Made by a program: the position numbers and the translations under genes. This document shows positions 17,229-26,244 of a DNA stretch of 64,000 bases, piece by piece. The stretch comes from an uncultured Bacteroidaceae bacterium (GTDB taxonomy: Bacteria; Bacteroidota; Bacteroidia; Bacteroidales; Bacteroidaceae): assembly GCA_905233465.1 (NCBI GenBank), contig CAJOEI010000025.1, forward strand, positions 4,951 to 68,950. Reading direction: 5' to 3'. Within the stretch, counting starts at the first letter, position 1. Every line of letters starts with the position of its first letter. Under the pieces are notes generated by a model. That model did no database searches. It was given only the letters and a program-made list of their open reading frames with translations, and was not told the origin of the DNA.

Positions 17229-18041
17229 TCACATCGCGAAGGCATTGAAGCCGCCATCAACCACAGCCACTGTGCCAGTCACGAAGCGTGAGGCATCGGA
17301 GATGAGGTAATGGATAGTGCCGCAGAGCTCTTCAGGGTCACCCATGCGTCCGAACGGGGTCTGACGAATCACATCCTGACCGCGCTGGGTGTAACTTCCG
17401 TCGGGGTTCGTCAGCAGCGAGCGGTTCTGCTCTGTGATGAAGAATCCGGGAGCTATGGCGTTCACGCGGATGCCCTCGCCGAACTTCTTGGCGCACTCGG
17501 TGGCCATATAAGCGGTGAAGTTGCTGATTCCGGCCTTCGCAGCGGCGTAACCGCAGACGCGGGTCATCGGACGGAAGGCAGCCATCGACGAGAAATTCAC
17601 GATAGCGCCCTTTCCCTGCTTCACCATCGGCTTCAGGAACACCTGTGTAGGGATAACGGTGCCCGTCAGGTTCAGGTTCAGCACAGTCTGGAACTGAGCG
17701 GGGTCGAGGTCGAAGAAGGTCTTGTCGGGGGCGATGGTCGCTCCGGGCATATTACCGCCGGCAGCGTTCAGCAGCGCATCCACACGGCCGTACTTGGCCA
17801 GGATGGCATCGCAGTTCTCCTGCAACTTTTCCTGACTCATCACATCCGTTTCCATGAAACAGGCTTCTCCGCCAGCTGCCACGATGTCGGCCACAATAGC
17901 CTCACCCACAGCAGCCTTACGACCGAGAATTACCACTTTTGCGCCTTCAGCAGCAAGATATTTGGCGATGGCGCGACCCAGCACGCCTGTGCCGCCAGTT
18001 ATGACCACGACGTGGTCTTTGATATCAAATAAATTACTCAT
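17229..18041 (-). CDS. uxuB: SDR family oxidoreductase, likely D-mannonate oxidoreductase
   Basis: Contains VVVITGGTGVLGRAIAKYLA and a YAAAK catalytic motif. The call rests partly on its position next to uxuA, the MFS gene and uxaC. Confidence 0.65.
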   Translation of the reverse strand: MSNLFDIKDHVVVITGGTGVLGRAIAKYLAAEGAKVVILGRKAAVGEAIVADIVAAGGEACFMETDVMSQEKLQENCDAILAKYGRVDALLNAAGGNMPGATIAPDKTFFDLDPAQFQTVLNLNLTGTVIPTQVFLKPMVKQGKGAIVNFSSMAAFRPMTRVCGYAAAKAGISNFTAYMATECAKKFGEGIRVNAIAPGFFITEQNRSLLTNPDGSYTQRGQDVIRQTPFGRMGDPEELCGTIHYLISDASRFVTGTVAVVDGGFNAFAM

Positions 18042-18062
18042 AGGATTGATGAGAGTTATAGA

Positions 18063-19256
18063 TTAATGGGATTCGTGAGCGAGTGCAGCCAACACTCCTT
18101 GCATCTGTGCCATTGCGTACATTCGTCCGAGGAAACTGTAGCCGGCGTTATAGCCGCGTGTCTCGTCGCCCAACATTGTGCGACCATGATCCACGCGGAA
18201 AGGTAGGGTGGGTCTGAATATCTTGCACAGTTCCACGAGGTCTGCACGCCCTCCGAGATGGCTGGCTTCGGTGAAGTCGCCGTTGGGGAAGATATGGCAT
18301 GAGCGCAGATGCACAAAGTGTGTGCGTGGGGCGAACTCGCGTGCCATAGCCACCACGTCGTTGTATGCTCCTGCCGAGAGGCTTCCGGCACAGAAAGTGA
18401 GGCCATTGTGAGGATTGGGCACAGCATCGAGCAGCCAGCGTATGTCATCTGCTGTGCGCACGATGCGCGGCAGGCCAAGGATCTCGATGGGCGGGTCGTC
18501 GGGATGCACGCACATATTGATGTCGCATTCGTCGCACACCGGCATGATGGCCTGTAGGAAGTACTTCATGTTCTCGCGCAAGCTGGCTTTGTCTATGCCC
18601 TGATATAGGCTAAGGAACTGCCGGAACTTCTCTATTGGTGCCTCGTCGTCCTCGCGGAAGTTGCCACTGACGAAACCCTGTGTCTTGATGACAATGTTCT
18701 CCACGAGTTTGTGTTCGCGTTGCGGAGTCATCTCGCGGGCCAAAGCGTCGACCTCAGCAAGCACGTCGCGCCCTTGGCCAACGCCAGCAGGGAAGCGAAA
18801 ACGTGCCCAATCCTGGCGCGCACCATCGCGCTTGAGGATATAGATGTCGAAATAGGCAAACTCTGCGTAGGAGAAATAGAGATTGCTGGAGCCGTCGTCG
18901 TTGGGGTGCAACAGGTCGGTGCGAGCCCAATCGAGCACAGGCATGAAATTGTAGCACACAGTGCGGATGCCCTCGGCTGCGAGGTTGCGCAGGCTTTGCT
19001 TGTAGATCTCTATCTGCTGGTCGCGGTCGGGACCACCATATTTTATTGTCTCGGTGACAGGCAGACTCTCGACGACACTCCATCTTAGGCCATAGCTCTC
19101 AATGAACTCTCTGAGGTCGCGAATGGCCTCGCGCGGCCACACCTCGCCCAGTGGCACGTCGTGCAGGGCTGTGACTATGCCCTCCACACCTATCTGCCGC
19201 AACATCGGCAAAGTGATCTTATCGGTTCGTCCGAACCAACGCCAAGTCTTTTCCAT
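18063..19256 (-). CDS. uxuA: mannonate dehydratase
   Basis: The N-terminus is MEKTWRWFGRTDKITL. Length (397 aa) and context support the call. Confidence 0.88.
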   Translation of the reverse strand: MEKTWRWFGRTDKITLPMLRQIGVEGIVTALHDVPLGEVWPREAIRDLREFIESYGLRWSVVESLPVTETIKYGGPDRDQQIEIYKQSLRNLAAEGIRTVCYNFMPVLDWARTDLLHPNDDGSSNLYFSYAEFAYFDIYILKRDGARQDWARFRFPAGVGQGRDVLAEVDALAREMTPQREHKLVENIVIKTQGFVSGNFREDDEAPIEKFRQFLSLYQGIDKASLRENMKYFLQAIMPVCDECDINMCVHPDDPPIEILGLPRIVRTADDIRWLLDAVPNPHNGLTFCAGSLSAGAYNDVVAMAREFAPRTHFVHLRSCHIFPNGDFTEASHLGGRADLVELCKIFRPTLPFRVDHGRTMLGDETRGYNAGYSFLGRMYAMAQMQGVLAALAHESH

Positions 19257-19261
19257 AACGA

Positions 19262-20704
19262 TTATATTTTTTTATAACGTGGCACAAGGGTCTTGATGCA
19301 CGCCCATGCTATGAGATAGGCTACTGCACAGTAGCAGAAGATGATCATGTAGCCGGCAGGTTTGCCCGTGGCACCAAAGAAGCGGAAAGCCTCGCCCTGA
19401 GCATCGGCATAGGTGAAGAGCATTCCGGAACATTTATTGATGGCAAAGCAGCAGAGGCCGCCGAACATTGTACCAATACCCGTGATGGTGGCTATCGCAG
19501 ATTTTGGAAACATATCTCCAATAGTAGAATAGAGGTTGGCAGACCACGCCTGATGACCAGCGCCAGCCAGCCCGATGATTATACAAGGCCACCAGGGAGA
19601 GATGCCAGCCAAGGGCTGGGCAAACATCGCAAAGATGGGAAGGAAAGCAAAGATCAACATCGCTCGCATACGTCCGGCATAAGGATTCATGCCCCAGTGC
19701 TCCACGAAGAGTTTCGGCAGATAGCCGCCGAGGATGCTGAGCAATGTGACGATGAGATAGAGCACAAAGATCAAAGCCTGTCCCATGCCCGAAGAAGATG
19801 GGTAACCGAGTTCGGAGAAATAGGCGGGCGCCCAGAAAAGGAAGAACCACCATACGCCATCGGTCATCAGCTTACCCACGACGAAAGCCCACGTCTGACG
19901 ATAGCGGAAACACTGAACAAACGACAGGGTGGGTTCTGTCTCTTCGTCTGAAGTCTTGAGCTGTGATGCCTCGTCTGGCTGATTGATATAGGCCAACTCT
20001 GCAGCATTGACGAAGCGACTTTTGGAAGGCGACGTATAGAATGCCTGCCACAAACCGGCCCAGATGAATCCGATACCGCCGATGATAATGAAAGCCCATT
20101 CCCAACCGAAATACTCTGCCAGAAGAGGAATCGTAAGGGGCGCGACAAGGGCTCCGACCGAAGCGCCGGCATTAAAGATGGAAGTGGCGTAAGCACGGTC
20201 TTTCTTGGGGAAGTACTCAGCCGTCACCTTGATTGCAGCGGGGAAGTTGCCCGACTCACCCGTAGCCAAAATAATTCGGCAAGCCAAGAAAAGCCAGACG
20301 CTAGTGGTGGAAACCATGAGAGCCATTTCGGAACCTTTCTCCACAGCGTAGAGGGCATCGGTATCTGCGAGGCCTGTAAGCTTTAGCGTAGCCCAACCGC
20401 ACGCTGCATGAAGGCAGGCGCCAACGGACCAAATGACGATAGCCCAGATATAGCCCCTCTTTGTTCCCAGCCAATCAATGAACCGGCCGGCAAACAATGA
20501 GATAAAGGCATAGAAGATGGAGAAAACGGCCGTGATGTTGCCATAGTCGTTGTCATTCCAGTGAAACTCAGGCGCGATAAAGTCTTTCCACGTCAGCGAC
20601 AGCACTTGTCGGTCGAGATAATTCACTGTTGTGGCGACGAAAAGCAATGAACATATCCACCAACGCCAATTTGATTTACTATTTGACGATTTACTATTTA
20701 CCAT
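19262..20704 (-). CDS. MFS transporter, hexuronate (ExuT-like)
   Basis: About 12 TM segments. WRWWICSLLFVATTVNYLDRQVLSL resembles the ExuT N-terminus. The first 12 codons (MVNSKSSNSKSN) are encoded by a 7/8-bp tandem tract. Confidence 0.8.
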   Translation of the reverse strand: MVNSKSSNSKSNWRWWICSLLFVATTVNYLDRQVLSLTWKDFIAPEFHWNDNDYGNITAVFSIFYAFISLFAGRFIDWLGTKRGYIWAIVIWSVGACLHAACGWATLKLTGLADTDALYAVEKGSEMALMVSTTSVWLFLACRIILATGESGNFPAAIKVTAEYFPKKDRAYATSIFNAGASVGALVAPLTIPLLAEYFGWEWAFIIIGGIGFIWAGLWQAFYTSPSKSRFVNAAELAYINQPDEASQLKTSDEETEPTLSFVQCFRYRQTWAFVVGKLMTDGVWWFFLFWAPAYFSELGYPSSSGMGQALIFVLYLIVTLLSILGGYLPKLFVEHWGMNPYAGRMRAMLIFAFLPIFAMFAQPLAGISPWWPCIIIGLAGAGHQAWSANLYSTIGDMFPKSAIATITGIGTMFGGLCCFAINKCSGMLFTYADAQGEAFRFFGATGKPAGYMIIFCYCAVAYLIAWACIKTLVPRYKKI

Positions 20705-20710
20705 TTGTTA
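20668..20710. repeat. 7/8-bp tandem tract covering the start codon and N-terminus of the MFS gene
   Basis: The minus strand reads ATG gtaaata gtaaatc gtcaaata gtaaatc aaattgg. Confidence 0.8.
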
Positions 20711-20735
20711 TTAATGTCTGACCGGTGTGCGAATT

Positions 20736-22184
20736 CTACATTTTACAATCTACATTAAAATAATGCTTTGCATTATTGTATGATATATCTTCCACCATTT
20801 GTCGAACACGCTGTTTCTCATAGCCGATGAAAGGTATGAGACCTTGCTCGACATCATTGCCGATGAGGTTGCACAGCACACGGCGGAAATACTCATGGCG
20901 CGGGTAGGACAAGAATGAACGGCTGTCGGTGAGCATACCCACAAAGCGGCTCAGGAGCCCCAGCACAGAGAGAGCATTCAACTGACGTTCCATGCCGTCT
21001 TTCTGGTCCAGGAACCACCAGCCTGAACCCCACTGTATCTTGCCTGCCACACTGCCATCCTGAAAGTTGCCAAGCATAGTAGCCACCATCTCGTTGTCAG
21101 CAGGATTGAGGTTATATAGAATGGTCTTTGCCAGATGGCCCTCGCTGTCCAGCAAGTCGAGGAAACGCGACATCGAATTTGCTGTTTGCCACTGGCCTAT
21201 GCTATCATAACCCGTGTCCGGTCCAATGGACGAGAACATACGGCTGTTGTTGTTGCGCATCGCACCATAGTGGTACTGCTGTACCCAACCGGACGCGTAG
21301 TCCTGCACAGCGAAGATATACAGCATGGCACTCTTGAACTTGCGGACTTCTTCCGCATCAGCCGAACCGCCATTAATTAGCTGTCCGAAGATGCGTTCTA
21401 TCTCTGTGTCGGAATATGGCTCTGAATAGAACTCCTCAAGGCCGTGGTCGCTGAGACGGCAGCCACGAGCGTGGAAGAAGTCGTGACGACGCTGCAGGGC
21501 ATCAATGAAGTCAGAGAACGTGCGAATATCAATATCTGCAACGTTGCCCAACTTTGTCACGTAGGCCCTCCAAGCATCAGCATTCTCCACAGCCATGGCC
21601 TTGTCGGGACGCCACGCAGGCAACATTTTCGTCATTTGACAATTTGACGTTTTACGATTTACGATTTCTTCTGCATAAGCAGAATGATACCTCAAATCAT
21701 CTACAGGGTCGTCTGTGGTGCATACCACTTCCACATTATAGTGTCGCATGAGGCCACGGGCAGAGAAGCGGAGGTCGTGCTGCAGGCGGTCGTTGCATGT
21801 GTCGTAAATCTCACGTGCGGTGTCTGGGTTGAGGCGTTTGTCTATGCCGAAGGCTGTTTTCAGCTCCAGATGTGTCCAGTGATACAATGGATTGCGAAAA
21901 CAGTAAGGCACTGTGGCAGCCCACGCCTGGAACTTCTCCCAGTCGGAGGCGTCGCCGGTGATGAAGCGCTCGTCTACGCCGTTGGTACGCATGGCACGCC
22001 ATTTATAGTGGTCACCGCCCAACCACAACTCGGTAATGCTGCTAAATCGGTGATCTTCTGCCACGAGCTTGGGGTCGAGGTGACAGTGATAGTCTATGAT
22101 TGGCTGCGTAGCAGCATGATGATGATATAGGTCCTGGGCTGTGGTGCTCTGCAACAGGAAGTTCTGGTCAAGGAATGGAGTCAT
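20736..22184 (-). CDS. uxaC: glucuronate isomerase
   Basis: Contains IIDYHCHLDPK, GDHYKWRAMRTNGV, NPLYHWTHLELK, WVQQYHYGAMRNNN and GMLTDSRSFLSYPRHEYFRR. Confidence 0.92.
   Translation of the reverse strand: MTPFLDQNFLLQSTTAQDLYHHHAATQPIIDYHCHLDPKLVAEDHRFSSITELWLGGDHYKWRAMRTNGVDERFITGDASDWEKFQAWAATVPYCFRNPLYHWTHLELKTAFGIDKRLNPDTAREIYDTCNDRLQHDLRFSARGLMRHYNVEVVCTTDDPVDDLRYHSAYAEEIVNRKTSNCQMTKMLPAWRPDKAMAVENADAWRAYVTKLGNVADIDIRTFSDFIDALQRRHDFFHARGCRLSDHGLEEFYSEPYSDTEIERIFGQLINGGSADAEEVRKFKSAMLYIFAVQDYASGWVQQYHYGAMRNNNSRMFSSIGPDTGYDSIGQWQTANSMSRFLDLLDSEGHLAKTILYNLNPADNEMVATMLGNFQDGSVAGKIQWGSGWWFLDQKDGMERQLNALSVLGLLSRFVGMLTDSRSFLSYPRHEYFRRVLCNLIGNDVEQGLIPFIGYEKQRVRQMVEDISYNNAKHYFNVDCKM
21633..21668. 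repeat. 7/8-bp tandem tract inside uxaC
   Basis: The tract reads catttgac aatttgac gttttac gatttac gatttc. It is translated on the minus strand as EIVNRKTSNCQM. Confidence 0.8.
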
Positions 22185-22192
22185 TATTATAT

Positions 22193-22260
22193 GATTTTAC
22201 GATTTCACGATTTCACGAATTTTACAATTTTTTTGAGGTTGAGAGTTGCGGATTGATTAC
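22193..22260. repeat. 8-bp tract (GATTTYAC)n followed by a weaker 7-bp tract
   Basis: The tract reads gattttac gatttcac gatttcac gaattttac, then ttgaggt tgagagt tgcggat tgattac. It begins 9 nt upstream of the uxaC start. Confidence 0.8.
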
Positions 22261-22267
22261 TTTTTCA

Positions 22268-22275
22268 TATTTTTG
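22268..22275 (+). promoter_or_regulatory. candidate -7 box TATTTTTG for ORF 22335
   Basis: Matches TAnnTTTG. This places the downstream heptamer/hairpin element in the 5' UTR. Confidence 0.45.
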
Positions 22276-22294
22276 CGGCAGCATTGTGAATAAT

Positions 22295-22324
22295 ACTTTC
22301 AACTTTCAACTGCGGCTTCGCCGC
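22295..22324 (+). promoter_or_regulatory. leader element copy 3: (ACTTTCA)2-ACT-GCGGC-TTC-GCCGC
   Basis: The hairpin ends 10 nt before ATG 22335. Confidence 0.7.
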
Positions 22325-22334
22325 GTCCTAAGAT

Positions 22335-22853
22335 ATGAAACATCGTTTTAATCCGTTCTTTTTTATGTTTTGGCTATGTCTCAACGCGAGTGCTGCGGAA
22401 GGGCCATTAGGTTGGATGTCAGCATATTGTCCTGCTGATAGCCTGACGGAACATATTACCGTTGAGGGCGTTGAGCTCCGTGGGGACATATATGAGTTCT
22501 CGGATGTGTTGCGCAGTCACGGATTCAAGCTGGAGAAGCGTTTGCGTGATGTCGACTCATTCCTTTTCAAGGGCACCATTGCTGGCAATTCTTGTTATTT
22601 TCAGGTCAGCTACACACCATTGTCACGTACCGTTTATCGCATTATGGCTCAGCCGCGTCATGTTCAGGAGAACGATTATGTTGATTCGCTGTGTGTGCGT
22701 TATGGAGACGTCTTCGACAGCAAGCCCGGTTCATATCAGTGGATGTTGCCCAACGGTGCTGTGATGCTTATTACGCCTGACAACGGCGAGCCGACGCTGG
22801 TCATCATCGATGGGGCTGGCTATGCTGTGTACAAGGATGAGACAGGAAGATGA
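22335..22853 (+). CDS. hypothetical secreted protein
   Basis: 172-aa ORF with a signal-like N-terminus (FFFMFWLCLNASAAEG). I recognise no motif. Confidence 0.5.
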   Translation: MKHRFNPFFFMFWLCLNASAAEGPLGWMSAYCPADSLTEHITVEGVELRGDIYEFSDVLRSHGFKLEKRLRDVDSFLFKGTIAGNSCYFQVSYTPLSRTVYRIMAQPRHVQENDYVDSLCVRYGDVFDSKPGSYQWMLPNGAVMLITPDNGEPTLVIIDGAGYAVYKDETGR

Positions 22854-22857
22854 GAAT

Positions 22858-22896
22858 ATTTTACGATTTCACGATTTTACGATTTTACGGTTTTCG
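22858..22896. repeat. 8-bp tandem tract (ATTTTACG)n
   Basis: The tract reads attttacg atttcacg attttacg attttacg gttttcg. It belongs to the same unit family as 22193-22225 and 21633-21668. Confidence 0.85.
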
Positions 22897-22901
22897 ATTG
22901 G

Positions 22902-22944
22902 CTTTAAACTTTAAACCTTAAACTTTCAACTGCGGCTTCGCCGC
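22902..22944 (+). repeat. leader-element copy 4: (CTTTAAA)3-CTTTCAA-CT-GCGGC-TTC-GCCGC
   Basis: Same architecture as copies 1-3. Here it overlaps the 3' end of folB on the opposite strand and supplies its last 8 codons and stop. Confidence 0.7.
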
Positions 22945-23316
22945 GTCTATGGCGCAGCCACGTTGGATTTCGACGCTGAAGCCTGCGCCATCGCAGTCGA
23001 TGCCCATGGGGGGATTGAGTTTGGTGATTTCCAGATGTATGGTCTGGGCCAACGGCAGTTGGTCGAAGAGTGCCTGGCAGATGCGGCCTGCAACGTGCTC
23101 GAGTAGTGCCGAGGGCTGTGCCATCTGTGTGCGTATGATGTCGGCTACATCGGCATAGGATATGGTGTCTGCGAGGGCGTCGCTGTGCATGGCGGCCTGC
23201 AGCTGTCCATCGATGCGCACGTTGACAACGAAGTCCGCTCCCACGGTGTGTTCCTGCGGCATCACGCCGTGATGGGCGCGGATGCGCATGTTGCGTATGA
23301 AGATTGATGTTACCAT
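22918..23316 (-). CDS. folB: dihydroneopterin aldolase
   Basis: Contains IRNMRIRAHHGVMPQEHTVGADFVVNV, TISYADVADII and IHLEITKLNPPMG. The C-terminal tail (...AAKPQLKV) is repeat-encoded. Confidence 0.82.
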   Translation of the reverse strand: MVTSIFIRNMRIRAHHGVMPQEHTVGADFVVNVRIDGQLQAAMHSDALADTISYADVADIIRTQMAQPSALLEHVAGRICQALFDQLPLAQTIHLEITKLNPPMGIDCDGAGFSVEIQRGCAIDAAKPQLKV

Positions 23317-25181
23317 TGTTCGTCAATATATTGTGCCAGACGGCGGTAGAAAGGCATGCGGCACAAGGTGGTGCGATGGCCGATGAGGATGAGTTTCATG
23401 CGTGCACGTGTGATGGCGACGTTCATGCGGCGCAGGTCGCGCAAGAAGCCTATTTCGCCCTCGTCGTTGGAGCGGACGAGTGAAATCACGATGACATCGC
23501 GTTCCTGGCCTTGGAAGCCGTCGACGGTGTTCACGGTGATGAGGTTGCGGAAGGGCTTCCAGTATCGGTCTGCCTTGAGCATACGCCGCAACAGCTGCAC
23601 CTGAGCCTTGTAGGGCGAGATGATGCCCACGTCTATGTGTTCCTCGAGGATGCGGTCGCGACCTATCTTCTCGAAGTAGCGTTGCAGGGTGGCGAGTGTG
23701 AGGGCGGCTTCAGAGGTGTTGACACGCGAGAGGCCGGCAGCCTCTTCTTGGCCGTCGGTGTCAATCCATTCCACAGCGGTGTCCCAGTCCAATATGCCGC
23801 GATACTTCACCTGTGGGGCACTTGTCAGCTGTCCGTCGTAGAACTCGTGATTGGGAAACTGCATGATGGTGTCGCACATGCGGTATTGCACGTTGAGGAG
23901 TGACACACACTTCGGCTTCTGCTCCACGATGGCCTGCATGAGCGTACGGTCCAAGCCGCCACGTGCCGCTTCAGGATTCTTGATGGTTGGTGGCAACTGG
24001 CGGTGGTCACCGGCAAGGATGACACGGTGCGCCTTGCGAATGGCTATCCAGCAGGCGGCTTCGAGGGCCTGAGCTGCTTCATCGATGAACAGCGTGCCGA
24101 AGCGTCGTCCCTCAAGCACACGGTTGGCGCTGCCTGCGAGTGTGCAGGCAATGACCTTGGCGTCGGCAAAGAGGGCTTCGTTGATGGTGTATTCCATCTC
24201 TGTGATGCGGTCGCGCAGGCGTGCAATCTTCTGGTGGCGGCTCTCTGTGCTGCCGCTGCGGCTGGCATAGATATCACGTATGGCCCGGCGCGCGGCCCAC
24301 AGGTCCTGATAGAGTGGATGTGCCTCAAAGCGTCGTTCGTAGGTGTGTGCCAGCATGCTGTCGGTGACACGCGTGGGGTTGCCGATGCGCATTACGCTCA
24401 GTCCACGGTCCACGAGCTTCTCGGCTATCCAATCCACAGCCATATTGGACTGTGCGCAGACCAGCACCTGCGTCTCGCGACGCAGTGTCTCATAGATGGC
24501 TTCGACGAGTGTCGTGGTCTTGCCTGTGCCCGGAGGACCGTGCACCACAGCGACGTCCTTGGCCCACAGGACTTCGTTCACTGCAGCCTGCTGGCTGGTG
24601 TTGAGCCACGGGAAGCGTACGGCGTCGAAGGTGAACTTGCCGATGGGCAGCGTGGAATGGAACATTTCGCGTAGCTCGGCCAGACGTCCGCCCTTGGCGG
24701 ATATCACTGCATCAAGTGCCTCGAACATCAGGCGATAAGTCTGCTCGTCGAGGTATAGCTGCACACCCAACCGATAGGCAGCACGTAGCTGTTCCAAAGC
24801 ATCGGCGCTGGGCAAGGCGACAACCATAAGGTTGTCCTCAACGTAGCTCACCTGGGCCACGAAGCGAAAGTAGTGCAGCATGCCGCCAGTGCCATAGCGC
24901 TCGCCGGAAGCATCCTGCGAGAAAAAACACACTGGCTTGCCTGGCTCAAACTGATGTTCTTCGTCAGTGTTTTCTGTGCGCGTGAGCTCCACCACCAACT
25001 GGTCGAGGCTGTTGTGGTAGGAGCGCCCCAAGGCCAAAGGGTACCAAGCCATACCCCGCGACACCTTGCGCTCTACGCCTGTAGCTTCGGTGAGTCGCTG
25101 AAACTCCTCCTTCTCGTAGGCATATTCTGCCTGCAAGAGTGCGCGTTGTCGTGTGAGTATGGATATGGGGCTTTCGGGCAC
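23310..25181 (-). CDS. superfamily 1 helicase, Upf1/DNA2/IGHMBP2-like AAA domain protein
   Basis: Walker A is HGPPGTGKTTT. Other motifs are DEAAQALE, LAGDHRQLPPT, QYRMCDTIMQFPNHEFYDG, VDGFQGQERDVIVISLVRSN and RRMNVAITRAR. Confidence 0.8.
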   Translation of the reverse strand: MPESPISILTRQRALLQAEYAYEKEEFQRLTEATGVERKVSRGMAWYPLALGRSYHNSLDQLVVELTRTENTDEEHQFEPGKPVCFFSQDASGERYGTGGMLHYFRFVAQVSYVEDNLMVVALPSADALEQLRAAYRLGVQLYLDEQTYRLMFEALDAVISAKGGRLAELREMFHSTLPIGKFTFDAVRFPWLNTSQQAAVNEVLWAKDVAVVHGPPGTGKTTTLVEAIYETLRRETQVLVCAQSNMAVDWIAEKLVDRGLSVMRIGNPTRVTDSMLAHTYERRFEAHPLYQDLWAARRAIRDIYASRSGSTESRHQKIARLRDRITEMEYTINEALFADAKVIACTLAGSANRVLEGRRFGTLFIDEAAQALEAACWIAIRKAHRVILAGDHRQLPPTIKNPEAARGGLDRTLMQAIVEQKPKCVSLLNVQYRMCDTIMQFPNHEFYDGQLTSAPQVKYRGILDWDTAVEWIDTDGQEEAAGLSRVNTSEAALTLATLQRYFEKIGRDRILEEHIDVGIISPYKAQVQLLRRMLKADRYWKPFRNLITVNTVDGFQGQERDVIVISLVRSNDEGEIGFLRDLRRMNVAITRARMKLILIGHRTTLCRMPFYRRLAQYIDEQW

Positions 25182-25184
25182 CTC

Positions 25185-25628
25185 TTATTCTTCGGCTTTC
25201 CTGTCGTCTATGTTATCGCCCTCGGTGGGACGCAGCTTGCTGAAGTCATCAAGGCCTGCGTTGATGAGGATATTGTACCACTGGATCAGCTTCTTGATAT
25301 CTGATGGGAAGACTCGGTCGCGGTCGAAGGCTGGCAGAATGCCGGCAAAGAAGTCAAAGAGCTCGTCCTTGGATGCCTTCTTGTAATCCAGTGCCACAGG
25401 CTTGCCATTCTCTTTGGTCTTGATAGTGTCGAGGACATCGGCCAACGGCACTTCTGCCTCGTCGGTATACATTGCGATGTCAGCGAGTGAAATGACTTTG
25501 TCTGTGGCAAATGCGGGCATGCGATGCGGCTTGTCCTCAATGCTTTCCACGATGAGGCTTCTGTTGCCGTGTGATATAAGTTTGTAGAGTCCGGGTTTGC
25601 CGGAGATGGCTAAAATAGTTTCGAGCAT
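25185..25628 (-). CDS. conserved hypothetical protein (DUF5606-like)
   Basis: 147-aa ORF beginning MLETILAISGKPGLYKLISHG. Tightly packed between coaE and the helicase. Confidence 0.55.
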   Translation of the reverse strand: MLETILAISGKPGLYKLISHGNRSLIVESIEDKPHRMPAFATDKVISLADIAMYTDEAEVPLADVLDTIKTKENGKPVALDYKKASKDELFDFFAGILPAFDRDRVFPSDIKKLIQWYNILINAGLDDFSKLRPTEGDNIDDRKAEE

Positions 25629-25641
25629 GATGTCTTGATGT

Positions 25642-26244
25642 TTATTGGTTATTTGTATTAATAATCAGATGATGTATGGTGTCTATTTGTTCTTCCAATG
25701 GCTGTCCATCGTTGGTGATAACATATTGAGCCATTTGTCGCAGGCTGTCCTGAGGGCTCTGCTGGGCGACGCGTGCACGCACCTGCTGACGTGTGGAGCC
25801 GTCGCGCTGCATAGCTCTGTTTATGCGCAACTCCTCGGGTGCTTCGACGAGGACAATGGCATCCACCGTGTCCGACATTCCCGCCTCAATGAGTATGGCG
25901 CTCTCCATGAGCACTGCAGGAGCCTGTGTCTCAGCGGCAAAGCGCAGCCAGTCGTGTCTCACGGCCGGATGGACTATGGCATTGATGCAGCGGGCATTGT
26001 CGCTGTTGGCAAACAGGAACTCTGCTACACGGCTGCGGCACAGTTGCCCGTCAGGAGTATAGGCATCCTCGCCTATCAGAGCCTGCAAAGCGCTGCGTAG
26101 CTGCGCATCCGAGGTCATCAGCGCACGCGCACGCGTATCACAGTCGTAGAGGGGTAGGTGATGGCGCTGTTGCCACAAGCGGGCCACATAGCTCTTGCCG
26201 CTGCCTATTCCGCCCGTGATGCCTATACGAATCGGATACATCAT
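25642..26244 (-). CDS. coaE: dephospho-CoA kinase
   Basis: P-loop IGITGGIGSGKSYV. Length is 200 aa. Confidence 0.88.
   Translation of the reverse strand: MMYPIRIGITGGIGSGKSYVARLWQQRHHLPLYDCDTRARALMTSDAQLRSALQALIGEDAYTPDGQLCRSRVAEFLFANSDNARCINAIVHPAVRHDWLRFAAETQAPAVLMESAILIEAGMSDTVDAIVLVEAPEELRINRAMQRDGSTRQQVRARVAQQSPQDSLRQMAQYVITNDGQPLEEQIDTIHHLIINTNNQ

Noticed and set aside
22949-23158. 69-aa ORF starting 4 nt after leader-element copy 4
   Set aside because: It lies entirely antisense to the well-supported folB coding sequence and has no recognisable features. The element is more likely a repeat insertion at the folB 3' end.
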